Below, piece after piece: positions 39,806 through 54,420 of a stretch of DNA of 64,000 nt. The stretch lies in contig RSEE01000032.1 in the NCBI GenBank assembly GCA_003971905.1, forward strand, positions 248,001 to 312,000, in the 5' to 3' direction. The stretch's first letter is position 1, and every line of letters starts with the position of its first letter. The DNA comes from Moniliella sp. 'wahieum'. Its lineage: Eukaryota. The position numbers were made by a program, and so were the translations under genes. A model generated the notes under the pieces. It made no database searches. It saw only the letters and a list, made by a program, of their open reading frames with translations, and was not told the DNA's origin.

Positions 39806-42800
39806 GATACTGACAGCGACCGTCCATCTCCCCCCCACCATGCTGTCGGCGGCCAAGCCAACCCGGCGCCGCCCCTCCGTGACAACCGCCCCCCGTCTCC
39901 CGCGCACGCCGCCGCCTCTTCGCCCGCCAAATACTGTGCAGGACCCCACCATCGTCTCCATCCCCACACAGCGACCCGACTCGCGGTGGAAACGCCTGCG
40001 CCACCGAGTCACGCCTTCAACAGCCGTAAAGAGCACCTTTGTTTCTTTTTCCCCGGCCAACCATCCCCTGCCTCCCCAGTACCGCCTCCGCCCGGCATGA
40101 CTCTCCCGCTCATCGGAACATCGGCTGGCGGCACCCGCTGGATTGTGTCGCCTAGTGGTGCCCAGCCGTCTATACACCACGCCCTCGAGACTTGCATCGA
40201 CGCTTTCCCAAGCCAGCCCGCAACAACCTCCTCCGCCCCTGGGCCAACTTTTATCCTCACCCCGCCTGCGAAACAGCCAGCCCCCCAACCGGAAGCATCT
40301 CCCAAACCACGTACCGGTACCGACGCAGACAATCAGGTCTCCCTTGCGGGCCCTGCCATCACAGACAAGCAGGTGCCCCCTGCGGGCCCTACCATCACAT
40401 TTGCCAACCCCTTTGTTTCTTCAGAACCTTCTCACCATCCTCATTCTTCACCACCGCCCGCTGTTGCCTCTCTACCCAAACTCCCATTGCCACATCATTC
40501 TTACACACTTGCTGCACCTGAACATACCCCGCCTTTTCCCAATGCCCGAGCGATCGAGAGCCAAAATGGGTGGGACGATGTTATTCGACGCCTTTCCTCT
40601 GTTCATGGGGAGATGGGCCTCGCCACCTCCCCTGCGCCCTCCTCGCCCGTACCACGTCTGCGAATGGCCGCCTCGTCTTCCCCCATCAGCCTACGGATGC
40701 CTGAGCCTCTCCCCGACATTCCAAAAGAACAATCGAATCTGGGCTCCGGTCCTCCGATGCCCTCCACGACCTTGCCCCCCCCTCGGTCTTGCTTTCGCCC
40801 CATACCGCCCTTCCACCCTGGGAGAAGAGTGTCTTTTGCCTCTGGTCCATCTGCCTCATCTTCGGTGACACCTACATCGAATACGCCGTTACCTCCCCTG
40901 CAATCTATAACTCGCACCCTTTCCCCCACCTCAGCCGGGGAGGAGGATTTGCGCCACTATCTTGACGGTAAGCAGGCCACCCTGACACCGAATGGTGCTC
41001 CCAAAGACAAACCGTCGATGGCGCAGCAAGTGGCAGGCCACCTGGAAAATGCGTTTGACACGGTCGCTACGGAGGCGACTACCATGTTTCCTCCCTTTGC
41101 CCCGCATCTGGATGGAGAACGGACGACGATTGTGAGGCGGGATCGGATGTTGGTGCGGGCCGAGTGGACACCAGTATCGCCTCTTCCGACGCTGTGGGAC
41201 GAGCTGGCTGCGGCCCGGATACCATTCCGTGCGATGGGTCCTTGGAACGAGCGGTTGGTCGTCCTGCGCCATTTGGGTGGTGGGCACGAACAAATGGAGG
41301 TATGGGCGCCACAACGGATGAGGGATCGGGGGTGGTGCGCGGCCTGTGGAATGCCATGCACCCTCTTGGTTCGTCCGCAGCGGAGAGCTTGGATCAGGCT
41401 TTGGCCGCGGCCCCGGCGCTGGGACAGGCCACTGTCCAGGGCTTGAACCGGATTCAGACCATTCAAGTGGGCGACAGGCGCGTGGGACTTTCGCTTTACA
41501 GCCCAGTCGACTACCTCTTTTCCATCACCATTTCCACGGCCCAGCAGACCATTGCGGCTTCCCATGGCAAAACCAAGACGGTCAACTCGGCCAACGATGC
41601 TTGGTGGACGTCCAATATGGGCCTGCTAAACGCAAGCGATCAGACGGCACGAACCAACTTGCTTGCCCTACGCCGATCCGGGGCGGTACCAAGATTTACC
41701 TGTTCGCACCGTCCTCCCATTCAATTGGCTTGGAATGGATGTGGGACCTACGAAGACATATGGGCGGGTGGGACCGCGAATGACAAGCGCAGTAAGTGCC
41801 GTATGGGGCCCGGCCAACCGGGCTGAACGTTCTTCTGGCTTGGTCGGTTGCACCAGGCGGGAGACATAGAAGGCGCCTATCTGGCTCCTACTCGGCCGCG
41901 CCCCCACCCATCACATCATTCCTGGACGTCGCGGTGCCCGACATCAATGTACGAGTGCGCATCCCGTGCCGTTGACGACACGTAAAGCAGGGAGGTCTTG
42001 GGGTTAGCACGCGTCGGGAGTATTCTTCCCTCCAGCGACCCTGTTCATCCTGCGCTTCTCTCTTCTGGGGGAAATGGCCTTGGCTACCGTCTGCTTACGC
42101 CTGAGGTAGTGCGAACAATTGTGGCGCAGACCATGATGGAGCGAGGGGAGATGGAGTCGAAGGACGGATGGAGCTCGTTGGAAAGCAGTCTCAAGAGCGT
42201 GGGATCCCTTTTCGTCTTGCCTGGAGAATAGGGGCAAGGCTGGACTGGCTTCCTGAGTGGGAGGGAATGACGGTGGTGCGGTGATAATGGGAGTTGTTGG
42301 CTACGGTGCGTAATAATCGGTGGGTCTGATGCGCTTTTTGCCCTTACTAACACAACATCACAGCGTGAGCATCCCAAGCCCAAACTCGAGCTTCGCCTGG
42401 CTTTTCATATGGACCACACACTTCCTGCATCTCATCTGTGAGACTGTTGGCGACGAAGAAGATCACCAGGAAGGAGAGAGCCCCAATCAAGACCAGCCAC
42501 GTGGACAACTTCCAGACCTGGTGCCAAGTGTGTCTACGCAGGACGTGCTTCCGGGGAGTGATAAGTCGGTTGAAAATGTGGAAGAGGAGATTGGTGACCC
42601 CCCTGGTGCAGGGGGTACCTCTGGCGTGTCCGTCCTGTCACGGGGACACTAACGAGGGTATATGTCATCTTGCGGCAAGGGCGTCAATACGCTTGTCCGC
42701 TCTCCCGCGCCTTCCCCCTCCTCCAAGCCTGCAACGCCTATTACTTCTCACTGCCCAGCCTCCACCTCATCGAGGCCACCACACCACTCACGTGTCCTCT

Positions 42801-44269
42801 CCCGTGGAGGATGGCGATCTTCCCGAGCCAGCTCGGCCTTCCATCGACGTCCAAGCACGGTCACCGTTACCACCAGGGTGTCGGAGCGGCGAAGGACGCT
42901 TGGGTTTCCCTCGTTGTCTGGGCTCCCTCGTTTCCGGAGCGCAAGCCAGCCCAGCGAGACCGTTTCGACGGGGCCTCCAGAGGAAGAGAGGGGAAGGAAG
43001 AGCCGGAGGAAGAGGCGGAGTGGAACGCCGAACGGAACTACCTTCTCGATCAACTTTTCCGCTCTCTCTCACCTGGCGCCCGCACGATTGTCGAGGCCGA
43101 TACGCCCGCTCCCGTGGAGGCGGTTGCCGTGCCTGCTATTTCGGCGGACCTGGAACGGCTACTTGCCCATCTGCTCTACTGGGTGCGTCAAGACGTGCTG
43201 GCACGCGAGCCCAGTTTGCACCGGATGAAGGAGATCCAAGCGGCGTACCATGCCTATGAAAAACCGTCAAACCCTGCAGCTACAAAATGCAGAAGGGTTG
43301 TGGTGGATGTGTCGGACCTGGTGCGCTCGGGGTTGCTGGGAGGCGACGTGGCTCTATCCCAAGTGACAGATGAGGGGGGGCAAGAAGGTTTGGCTGCCCA
43401 TCCCTCTTCCGAGCAGGCAAAGATTCAAGCGCTTCGTCAGATTCAGATGGTATTGTCCAATGGTCAGCGGGTTGTGATGGAGGCCTTCTCGTGTCGGCAG
43501 CGGTGCGATGGGTGGAGCTGTTGCGAGCGCATATGGTCTACGACCGAGCGCAAGCCAAGGTTCACTCGAATGCGCTGATGCGCATTGATGGGTTTGCCAA
43601 ACCCATGCCCACCATGGCCAGGCATGGGGGGAGATGAGCGAGACGTTGAGCAAGTTGTGGACCTGGTGTCCGATCGAAGCGTGCCATGCAGTGCGCGCAA
43701 TTGGCACGCTATATCGCAAGCACTCGGCCCGTGCACCGTTTGAGCGAAGGACGTACGTGTTAACCGAGGGTGTCTTGACGGGCTTTATGATCACCCACTC
43801 GCAAAAGAAACCGCACGGTCCCGCCTCGATGCCGGCATCTTTCACAAGCGCGTCTCTTCCATCCCGCTCGAAGGGGCGTATGTCTACTCGGGTGCGTTGG
43901 CGCTAGAATGGATCCCACGTCACGCGCAGCATGCTGGCGGGGGCGTCGGCGCTCGCGGGCGGTGGTGGTGGTGGCGAAGCTACGTCGTCATTGGGCGCCA
44001 GTGCCGAGGGGCGCGCCGGGGCTCTGGTGGCCCAAGCACAGCGCGTCTACAACGACGGTCTGCAGGCGAGCGATGCCGAGGCGGACTGTCTGTTTGTAGT
44101 GCGCTACCGGCCCTTGTGGGCACGGCGCGAGGTGCATGGTGCCGACAAGGACTTGGAAGCCTACTCGGCCTCCTTGGTCCTTTTGGCCCGCAGCCGGGCG
44201 GAACGGGACTTGTGGGTCAAACATTTGGCGTGGGAGCTGGAACGACTGCGACAGCGACAGCACCACTAG
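39599..44269 (+). CDS. SPO71: Spo71/Mug56-like multi-PH-domain protein
   Basis: N-terminal RIFIGP, RRDRMLVRAEW, SLYSPVDY, VMEAFS, LYRKHSARAPFERRTYVLTEG, C-terminal LARSRAERDLWV; these resemble motifs I recall for fungal Spo71. Confidence 0.72.
39773..39799 (+). repeat. (AGC)9 coding microsatellite (poly-Ser)
   Basis: agc repeated in frame within the Spo71-like N-terminus. Confidence 0.85.
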
Positions 44270-45436
44270 CGTGCTACCACCGAGAAGGCTCCTGTCGCTC
44301 ATCGCGGCGGTTAGTCGCGGATAGCTGGATGTGCCGGATGTATCCCCCGGGCTGTTCATTCGTCTCCTTCAATTCAATCGTCCCTCCTTTGGTTCTGTAT
44401 GTGACTTTCGGATGCTTGTGTGCACCCGCTCCGCGCACGGCTGCGATGGCAGTGGCCACAAGCTGGCATGATCGACAGGCTACTCCCTATAGATGCAGGA
44501 AAGGTGCGGGTGAAAACATCAGCAATCGGTACACTGAGTATTGAGTCTCGAATCTCAGTCGTCAAACTCAAACTCGGTACTCAGGTACTCAGTACTCCCC
44601 GAGCATACTGACACGTTTTTAGAGTACGCGGATCCTCCGTGCCAGTCTCAAATGGCGGCAGATTACACTATTGTAACGTAGATGGATAGCTTGCCCAGGC
44701 TGACCCGTACGCCCCAGCGCACAGCTTCCCTTTTCTGTTCTTTTCCCCTTTGGGTGTCGCGAACCTTGCTCTTCGCTCCACCCCATTTCCTTCCTTAGGC
44801 CTTAGGCCATACCGGTAAGGCCGGCAATCCGGTAATCGAGTAATCGATAATCATATATCAACCCTACCAGCCCTACCGATTATGGATTACCGTCGGGTAT
44901 CGATTACCGCTCTTATCGTCTGGCCTGCTGCTCCTGACTAGTGACTAGGTGAAAGCGTTGCTGGTGTGAGATCTGTGAGATCCACGGAGGAGCACTACGC
45001 CTGCTTGGTACACGTCAGCTACTAGTTACCTGCGCTGCATACATTTGATTGTTTCATTTTGGGACCTGGCCACGGCGGCTTTTTTCGTGGGGCACTGGCC
45101 TTGCGCTGGCGAATTCGGCAGCATTCCAGCCAGAGCAGGCCGGGACAGCGGAGTCCGACACTGGCGCTGTGGGACGGCGACGAGGGCCTGGGCTCTGGTG
45201 CATGCGGTTGGCCGGCTCCGGAACAACGAACGGGTGCGAGCATGGGGCAAGAGTAGGATGCGCGAGCGCGAACACCTCCCGCAGCAGCCGACAGTGGTGG
45301 CAGGTGGCCACCCAACACCGCCCTTGTGCCGTGGGAGCGCAGGCAACGCGCCCAAGCTTGGTGCCCGCCAGTGCCCTGCTTGCAGCTCGAGAGCTTAGCG
45401 CTTACGGCTAGCTGTGGCCTCAGGCCCTCAGGCTGA

Positions 45437-45480
45437 GGCGCTCAGCTGGGGCGCTCAGCTGGGGCGCTCAGCTGAGGCGC
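45437..45480. repeat. 13-bp tandem repeat (GGCGCTCAGCTGG) x3.4 containing CTCAG
   Basis: Units at 45437, 45450 and 45463 (third unit ends in A), plus a partial fourth. Confidence 0.85.
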
Positions 45481-45811
45481 CCAGTCCTCCAACTTGAAGA
45501 GCTTCAAGGCCCGAGAGTGGCAAAGCACGCCGTGATTTGCAGTCACCGGTAAGTCACAGGTCAGCAGGCGCAGTCGACTGGCCGATTGCCACTTGCTGCC
45601 TCCTCAGAGTCTCTAGATGCAAGCCGCACCCGACCCCAGCCTCACATCCACCCAGCACTCCCGTCTGTTCTACCATCGGCCATCGTTCATCATCCTCTCA
45701 GTTGCCGCGTTGATATCGCCACTTTCTGCCCGCCCGGCCGCTTCCATTGTTTCTTGGCGGCCGCCCCTCTCCTTTCCACCCTGCCTTGTTTTCCCACGCG
45801 CCTGCGTGAAC

Positions 45812-47762
45812 ATGGCGCCGCCCTCTACGCCTGCGCCGGACTACGTCCCCCTCCAACGCGCCTCCCGCTCTGCCTCCTCCAGCCACACATCCTCCCCTTC
45901 CTCTTACACCGTCCTTTCAACCGCCGTGTCCCATGGAAGTTCCTACTCCGCCTCTGAGCTTGGCAACGCCGCTGCCGCTGCCAACGCTGACGACACTGTC
46001 GGCGAGGAGCCCTATCACGACAACGACGACCCATATGAGTTTGACGGTGACAACAAGTTCACTTCCAAGGGGAGCGGCGACACTGCCAGACCCACCTCCT
46101 GGTGGCCCTTGGCATTACTCCAGCGTCGCGGTCGGGGAGGGCGGGATACACCCTTGCCCCAGACCATGCCCCTCCTTGGCAACACAGAAGCTGACACCGA
46201 GAAGCCATTGGGCTACGTTCGCGCTGCCTGGGGTCGTGTAGGCAGCCGTCTCCCCCCTGCAGCTCGTCGACGTGTCGACTTTCTGTTCAACCCTCGCAAC
46301 GCTCGCCCTATCCTCAAAGTTATCGGGATGCTGCTCCTGCTCGTCTTGATTGGGTTTGGCATCAATACTCAGCTCGTCCGCCCACCTCCTTACCAACTCG
46401 TGCCACGAGGCGAGTACGCTTCTGTCCTCTCCGCCTTTGTGAAGGATCAAAATTTGACTGCCTTGGTTCCCTCGCCTGCCGATTCCGAGGCTGGGTCGGG
46501 GGGTCATGACAGATTCGATTTCTGAGCAGCTGGCCATGCTCCAAACCCGAGTCGCCGCTCGGGATCTGTTGACTCGATGCTCCGGCAGCCAGCACACCAC
46601 TCTGGTCTCCCATCCTGTTCCTGTTGACCAGCCCGCTTCCCACATCCCTTCTACGATGTACAGCTCGGACCGTGTTCTACTTTCTGCCAACGAGTCGGCA
46701 GCCTGGCACAAGAGTTGGGAGGACTTGGGCTTTGACCCCGTCACCTTCCTCACTGAGAAGGAAGCGGATGAGTTTGTCGACGAAGACTTTGGTCCCAACC
46801 GGCTTGGTAATGCCTTGGACAAGGCGCCGGGCCTGGTCCAAAAGACACGAACGGCTGTGCAGAAGGCCTGGTACGCCCTCCCACGCGGTGTCATGCGGGC
46901 CGACTTTATGCGCTACCTTCTCCTCCTCTCTCGCGGTGGGACCTGGGCTGATATGGACGTGGAGCCAATGGGCAACCTCAGCGACTGGACTAAGCCCGAC
47001 GCGCGGTGGATCTCTGCTCCCCGCACGTCGAAGCTGGCCCCTTCGAACGACCCGGCATGCTCCTCGTTCCTGTCGGACCGAGGGCAAATTCGACTTCCTC
47101 CCCCCGAACCGGTACGCTTGGTGGTCGGGTTGGAATGCGAGCCGTGGCAGTACATGCAACACAGCGCACGTGCCTGGCTTGAGTCGGCGCGAATCCTGGC
47201 TATGCCTCGGCACCGGGAAGTGCAGTTTACCCAGTGGACGTTACATGGTGCGCCGGGTCACCCAGTGTTGGTGGACGTGTTGCGTCGTCTGTTGGCTTCG
47301 GGCAAGCTGTTTGCCGATTACGTCGACCACCACACACCGTTCCATAAGGACGCCATTCATCCTTGGACCAACATTGATGCTGCTCGCCAGTGGATTTTTG
47401 CCGACTCGACACCCGCCTACCCGGCTGGTTCGGCCGAGGAAGACAATTCCAGCTGGCGAAACTGGCGCATCTGGCCTTGGAGCTGGGCTTGGCCGCGCTG
47501 GGGCTGGCACCCCCTTTCCGTCGAAGAGTGGACGGGCCCCGCGCTATGGACCGACGCAGTGTTTACCTACCTCAATGCGGTGGCTGGCTTGCGTCCTGGC
47601 GATCTGTATGGGCTGACAGAGGCGGTGCAAGTGGCGGATGTGATTGTCGCTCCCAACTCGTGGTTTGCCCCGCCGCGGGACGACCTGGGCCAAGCCAAGG
47701 TCCTGCACAACTTCCGTGGTTCTTGGAAACATGGAGCCGACATGCAAGCGCCGGACGCCTAA
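45812..47762 (+). CDS. GT32 alpha-1,6-mannosyltransferase (Och1/Hoc1-like), type II membrane protein
   Basis: TM VIGMLLLLVLIGFGI; MRADFMRYLLLLSRGGTWADMD (DxD), QFTQWT..APGHPVL, EWTGPALWTDAV, HNFRGSWK. Confidence 0.9.
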
Positions 47763-48638
47763 CCTAGATGCCAAGATTTCTGCTCTGGCTCGTCCGCCCG
47801 CCTTTGCCCCTGGTGTTCCCGTCGTTTGATGCTGATCTATGCTGCGCGCTGCTGATGTGTGGTGCTCTGTGCACTGTGTGCCCCCCTGGCGCTCTCGTCT
47901 CCTGTCCCCTCGTCCCTCTCATGCCTTGCTCCTCTCCCTGCCCAATGACCCGCCGCCATTGCATCCCCCACTGCATAATATGCGCCCTGCTCACGCGATA
48001 ATGCTTGTTGATGCAGTTCTCTAGACAGAAGGAAGATGGCCGTGAGATGGATGGACGCAGCGCCGAGCGTGGACAGCGCGGGCAGAGGGGAGAGCGGAGG
48101 TGGGAAAAGGCGGGTGCCAACGCCCAAGTGTGGTGCCAGGCTAGGCCTGGCGCATAGGGCAGGCAGGGTTAGCGCCACCCGAAATTTCAAATGGCCTCAT
48201 GCGATGATTGATGATCGATGATCGATGACGGCTGGTCGATGACTGGCGACGAGGCCGGCGCCCCCGTGCGGCGCCCCCCTGCAGCAGCGGCGGCGGACGC
48301 GAGCTCTGCATGCACATGTAGAATTTAACATTTGAGCAGTCACGTGCATGCACGGCGCCAGTGTCCGCCGCCCACCAGCGCTCCGACGCGAGGCGCAGCA
48401 CCTGGCCGCACGACGCGCCCCAGCCTTCATCGACACGGGGGCTGCCAGCGGAGCAGCAGCGCGGCTTGCCTCTCCTCCACCACCCCGCGCCCCGCGTCCA
48501 TCGCCCCTGCAGCCGCTGCCCGCCCACACCCGCCCCCGCTCCCGTCCGCGTCCGGCTGCTGCCCGCCCGCGTGCCCCCTCGCTTGCGCCGCCAGCTGCCG
48601 CCAGCCCCCTGCCCACCATTCCCGCCCCCGCCCGCTCC

Positions 48639-50739
48639 ATGCTCAACAACCTCCCCGCCGCACCTCCGCCCGCCTCGCTGCCGCGCCCTCCGCCGCAGCT
48701 TCTTCTGCCCCCGAGGACGAGAGTGTGCGGCTGGAAGACGTGTTGCCCAAACGCACCCGCCGCGCTGCCCCCGGGACCTCGCTCGTCGCTTCCTCCTCTG
48801 CTCGCGACGATCCTGGCCTGCGTTCCAGCCGCCCCCCAGCACCCGCCAGCTCACGCGCACGCGCCCGTCCCCCTGCCGCCGCCGCCTCCGCGTCCGCCCA
48901 TCCCTCTGCATCGTCCCGACAGCCATCTCAATCGAAGCGCAAGCGCGCACGCCCAACCCCTTCCGAAGAGACCGAACCCGTTCGCAAGGCACCGAGACAG
49001 GCGCGCGTGTCGCACGTCGTTGGTGGCTTCCGTTTCCACGCAGAAGAAGAGGAGGAGGAGCCAGATGCGGAGCCAGTGCCTTCGACGCCGCCAAGGCGTC
49101 CCCGCACCAAAAGTCGTTTTGAACCCCTTCCCGCCGACTTGATGGGGGAAACGCCAATTGCACGGCGCAACCAGGCGGCACGGAGAGAGATGCGTCGTTC
49201 GGACTGGGTCTTCCTTCGACTGTAGCCAAAGGGCGAAGGAACCGCAGTTCACTCAGTGGAAAGGCAGCCCGTCGCGTTTCTTCCCTCCGCAATGGCAGCA
49301 TTGCCTTTCCCCACCCCAATGTCCCCGATGAGCATCTCCATCGTCATTGTGCCGACACGCTCGACCCCGTTGGCCGCTTCACGTACCTTTTGGCCTGGTG
49401 CGCTGAACGTGCTCGGCCGCCCGAATCGCAAGCACGGACCGACCACGACCGACGTCTGCAACACACCATTACCCAAACCTTGGCCGACTTGGACGCGCAT
49501 GAGCTCACACTCAGTTGGCTCTCTCGCCCAGGCCGGCGCGAGGAGCTGGCTGGGCGGAGGGGCGGCGCGGGGGCCAACGGTCGTTCCCTCGCACCTCACC
49601 CGCGTAATGTGGCCAATACCCAACGGGCTGCCGAGCTGCAGGCGGTAGAGACGCGCATTTCAGAGGAAGTGCAAGGATGGCAAGACGCCAGCCAGCGCGT
49701 GGAAGCGTGTCAGCGTCGAACGGGGTTGTTGGCCGAAGCGCTTGCACGTGTCTGGCCTGGGAATCACGATCCCGAGCAAGACGGGGAGGATGAATCGGAC
49801 GAGGAGGATGTTACTACAGCCGAGACATGGGCTACTCTTGAAGCGTTTGCCAACCAATCGCGAACACGGGATGATGAGGAGTTGCCAGAGATGGCCTATG
49901 CGCCTGGGCGCGACCCTACGCCCCCAATCGATGCTGGTGAGGAGGACTCGGCTCTGCGCGCCGCTGCGAGCCGAGCCTTGGCCTGGGCCCAACGAGACTC
50001 GGTCCATCTGCCACCGCCTTGGCGTACCCTCGCATCAGAAGCCGCGGCTGAGCTAGAAGAGCTCCCATCACCGCAGCAGGACAAGGGCAAGGGGAAACCA
50101 CTACAAACTGGACCACCCACTGCTCAAGATCTGGCCGACCCGAGGAAGCTCGCAGCTGGATTCTATCTGATCGTGGGACCGTTCGGGATCCGCGTTGGCC
50201 CGATGTGGAAAGCCAGGTACGTTTCTCAGTGCTTACGTTTTTAACATGCATTCTAATCTCTTTTCCCTTCCCAGATTGACTTTTTGAGACAAGAAGCGCA
50301 TAAGCTCTCTGCTCTCGCCCGTTTGGTGCAGCAATATACACAAGCCTCCTCTTCGCGTGCGACGGAAGTGCTGCGTGATCCGTTGCGTGAGGCACCCAGC
50401 ACCCATCGCCCCTTGAGTGCCGGCCCGCTCACAGTCGACGAAGCAGGTACATCGGATCCAACCGAAGGTGTGAGTGCGGCAGCCACCTTGCTGAATGCCA
50501 TCACTGCTTCTCTTCCTCGTCCTCCCGGTGGCGCTGGCTCGGCTGAGCAAGACGAGACGGACCCAGGCGACTGCTTCGTGCTCTTGCGCGCACTGGGCGG
50601 CACCACCGCCAGCGCAGTACCTCTCCTCCGCCAAAGTCACGTCCGTAGTGAACCAACGGAACGACTTGGCTCGCTGGCCGCCTCGGTAGGCTTGCCCGCC
50701 CCTGCTACCCCCTCCCCCACCGTGTTTGTCACCATGTGA
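48639..50739 (+). CDS. DSN1: Kinetochore Mis12-complex subunit Dsn1/Mis13
   Basis: ETPIARRNQAAR, RRVSSLRNGSIAFPHPNVPDEHLHRH...GRFTYLLAWCAER, PHPRNVAN followed by a coiled coil ending in W; intron about 50217-50274. Confidence 0.75.
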
Positions 50740-51597
50740 CCGTCCCTTTTCCTGTCCCTGAGCGACCTCTTTGTGGTTCTCGGAGCTGATCATGTATGTA
50801 CATATACTGCTTGCTCTGATCTTCGATCTACGCACTCTCTTTTTCTTGCCCAAGGACGGGCAGCGATAGGCTGGAACAACACGTTACGGTATGGTGCTTG
50901 GTTGAAGTTCAACTGTCAGTCCAGTTGGGCAGCGTGCCTTGCTGTCTCTCTCTCGAACTGCCAATCATGTGTATGGGGGGATGCGACGGAATTGTAGAAA
51001 ACCTTCATTGAGGGTCTAAGGGTTCAAAGATTGAGGTCCCTTGAATACAATCCAGGCCCAGAACCTATTATGGGAAATCGCTGTTGGGGTCTAACAGCCT
51101 AGGGGAGTCGGAGGAGTTCGTAAGGCTCTGTTGCAACCACTGATATGGAACTGCTTGAAGATAGTGTACCTCGACAAGGAGCATGGTGCCTACTTTTACC
51201 GATGATTCCATTGCGCTCTTCAGTGCGTATGGTCTCTCGCCCCTATCTTCACCTCACAACGACAATGGCTCCCATTGCTACTGCGTTTGGGTCGGGCGCG
51301 TTGCCCCCGCATTGGTCAGTTGGTCAGTGTGGTCTCCAAGTTGGCTCTGCTTTATCATCGAGATGTCAATAGGTGCACACTGCATACTATGCATCTATAC
51401 TTCAATTTATAACCACAACATGCATCACAGCGAAAAGAGGAAGGAGATGTTTTGTCATGTGAGAGTAGTATGCTGGCAGCCGGCGGGACCGGGGCCTTAT
51501 GAACGTCCACTGAAGGAGGGGTGCAAACAGAAGCGAAAACAAAGATGGAGCGTTGAAGTGCAGTGGTGGCATTGGCATGATCGCCTGTTAGCCACTC

Positions 51598-54420
51598 TTA
51601 CCCGCCCAGGAGGCGGATCGTCATGTAAATTGAGCTGCCAATAAACCGGATGGCAGCGCCGATAGCGACCCAGACTAAGATGACAAGCATGTACACCTTC
51701 TGAAGCGAGGTGCTTGTCGAGTCGAACACGCTGCCACGTCCCCCTCCGGAGAGGATGACAGCCATGATAAGAATGTTGGACAGGACCCAAGCCAAGACAA
51801 CATTGGTGCGGACGTTGCGGTAGTAATCCATCTGCACCAATGCTTGATCATCGGGGGAAGGGGGGCCTTTGGTGATGATGGGAGGTTGCTTGAGATTGAG
51901 AAGGGCGTCATGGTAGGCTGCATCAATGTCTGCCTGCCCGTTAGGCAAGACCAGCTCCACCACCTCCTTTTCCCCCTTGCCCGCCACAACGGCACGGCCC
52001 AAGTCGTTGGAGACAGTATGATCCCCTTTGGTTCCCCACGAAAAGTCGTGCAGGTTGCAAAAGGCATAGACGTTGAGAATGTTGGCGTAAGTCGGGCTCA
52101 AGAGTATGTACTGGATCATGCTCGTGAACAGGTACCATGGGTCGAGCGCGATGAAAGACGCGACGACATACACTCCATAGGTGGAGAGAATGGACACAAT
52201 CATCTCAGCATAGAGACCGTTATGCTCACCCTCAAGTACACGAACAAAGCAGATAACAGCCGCAATGATCATGTAAAGCATGAGCACGGCAAAAATCGAT
52301 GCCACGGTGGTGTAGTACTTCCACTTCGAACCTTGGGGTCGGTTGCCCAGGGCAAAGATAAAGCAGCTAACCAGTGCGCCAATGTAGACATACTGGGTGA
52401 TCGTGTTGAGCACGCTGATGTGAGGAACGTGAAACTGGGGCGCTTCGAGACCCTGTGTGAGGATGGCAAAGAAGATGAACATGTTACCCATAGCAAACCA
52501 GGAGAATATCAGGTTTAAGAGGTTGTACAGCGCTTGAACGCCCAGCATTGCTTTGCGTATAGGCGTGTGTCCGCTGGCCCCAATTGACGGGTGTGCACCA
52601 AGGAGTACAAGGCTGCAAAAAACGAACCGTTAAGCCAGCGCCGCCGTTGAGTGATTAGCTCGGCCAGGTCCGTCGGCACGTCCGTCACAGCCCGCGCCGA
52701 CTTGACATATTTTAGAACCCATCTCTCGTTGCGTTTGGCGGCCAATTCAAAGCACAAGATACGGTCTTCAGCCAAATACATGTTGGAGGTGAACACGTCG
52801 GCTTCAGCACCCAAAAGGGTTTCGCCTTTAAAGTAAGAGGCCAGCGGGCCTTTGCCATCCTGGTCGTTTTGCAGGGCAATATATCGGTATGCCGAAAAGG
52901 CGCCAGGCAATACCGAAATGAAGCCGAAGACCGATTCGGTTGTTTTGTCCAAAATGTTGGAGATCTGTACTCAAAGTTTTGTGCGGCCACAAGGGGGTTG
53001 ATTAGAGCAGGTCCAATGCCCCATTTCCACGGGTTTCCGCGCATATTCTCCACAGGCGCCCGCGACGTTTGAACTGAGATCAAACGACTTCATAAATGGT
53101 ACAAAGACTTGGGTTCGGGTCTTGTTCCCACATCGAGCAGGAGACAAACGTTGGGCTCGAGAACCCGAGAGAAGGCATTAAAGAACCAGCGATGAGAGTT
53201 AATCTTCTTTTGGTTACGCTCCTTGAGACAAAAGATGATCTGACAGGGTACCAGCCCCTTTTCAGCGCCTTTGAAACGCATATTGGAATCCAAGCTAAGC
53301 TGGGTGTGTACTCGTAGACATGCGCCGTCACCACTTGGTCGTTGACTGTGTTTTTCGCAACGCCATCTTGATATACCCCAAGGCAGCCAGGCAGTCCAGA
53401 ACACGGGGGTGAATCTTCTTGCGCCCATCTGAAATGATTGCCACCACCACTTTTCGCCAGCCATGCTGGCCCCAAGTTTTGCTGCGGTTGCGCGAACAGA
53501 GATGAGCAATATTCTTCATGACACCGTGCAGGGTCCTCGTAAATACTGCGGGCAAAGAAGACAGTCAGATCCCAAGTGGGGGAGATGGTGGACGGGAATA
53601 CTCACAGACTTCATCCTCATTGTACATTGTCATGCATACGAAGAGTTCGGTCTGACGTCCAGCAGCTTGGGGCGTAGGGTATATTATGATCGACAAACTC
53701 GTCGGGATCGCAAGTAACGGCAGTGTAGCGCATAGTAGTAAACTCGCTGTCGTGCGATTGTTCAGAACATTAAGCAGCTTGGTGGGAACTGGACAATCAT
53801 AATGAGGTTGCCTTGGGTCAAAGGGACATGCTTCTTGCTTTTATTGGCGGCAACTGGGCACCGAGCGCGGGCGCAGGGCCAAAATGTTGGGTACTGGTGT
53901 TGCCTTCATCGTCTTCATCGTCAAATTGCAAGCCACCATCTTGACTCTCATCTGCCCCAGAATCATAAGTGGCGCCGTCGTCATACATGTTCTTTCCGTT
54001 TCAGTCTCGTAACCCCATCCGGGAACCCGGTATTCGGGGATGTTCACAACCGTGTGGTCTTCCGATGGCAGTTGTCTTGAATGGCCATTGGGAGAGTAGC
54101 CGGGAGGTGAATGTAAAATGGCTGGTTGGTAGATAGGAGTGACTGCGTAGGGGGATCGTACGTTGCCGTGGATGATGGCAGGACAGGCATCGGGGTGGCA
54201 GACCCGCGGGGAAATTCCTGCCCAGATGGGGTTGCTGGCTGGTGGTAGTCAAATAAAGCGGTTGCCTCGGTAGAACGAATGGGAGAACCATAGAGTTGTT
54301 CATAGGGCTGGGCCTCCTCTTGGTATTCGTGGGGAACAGGGCCGGGGAGCCACGGGTGTCGGCGGCGTAGGCCAGCTCGCCCATGGGATGGCTGACTGGG
54401 CCGTATGCGTAACCCGACAT
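51598..54420 (-). CDS. CHS: Chitin synthase, division 1 (class I/II type), several introns
   Basis: [95 protein letters not shown]. Confidence 0.96.
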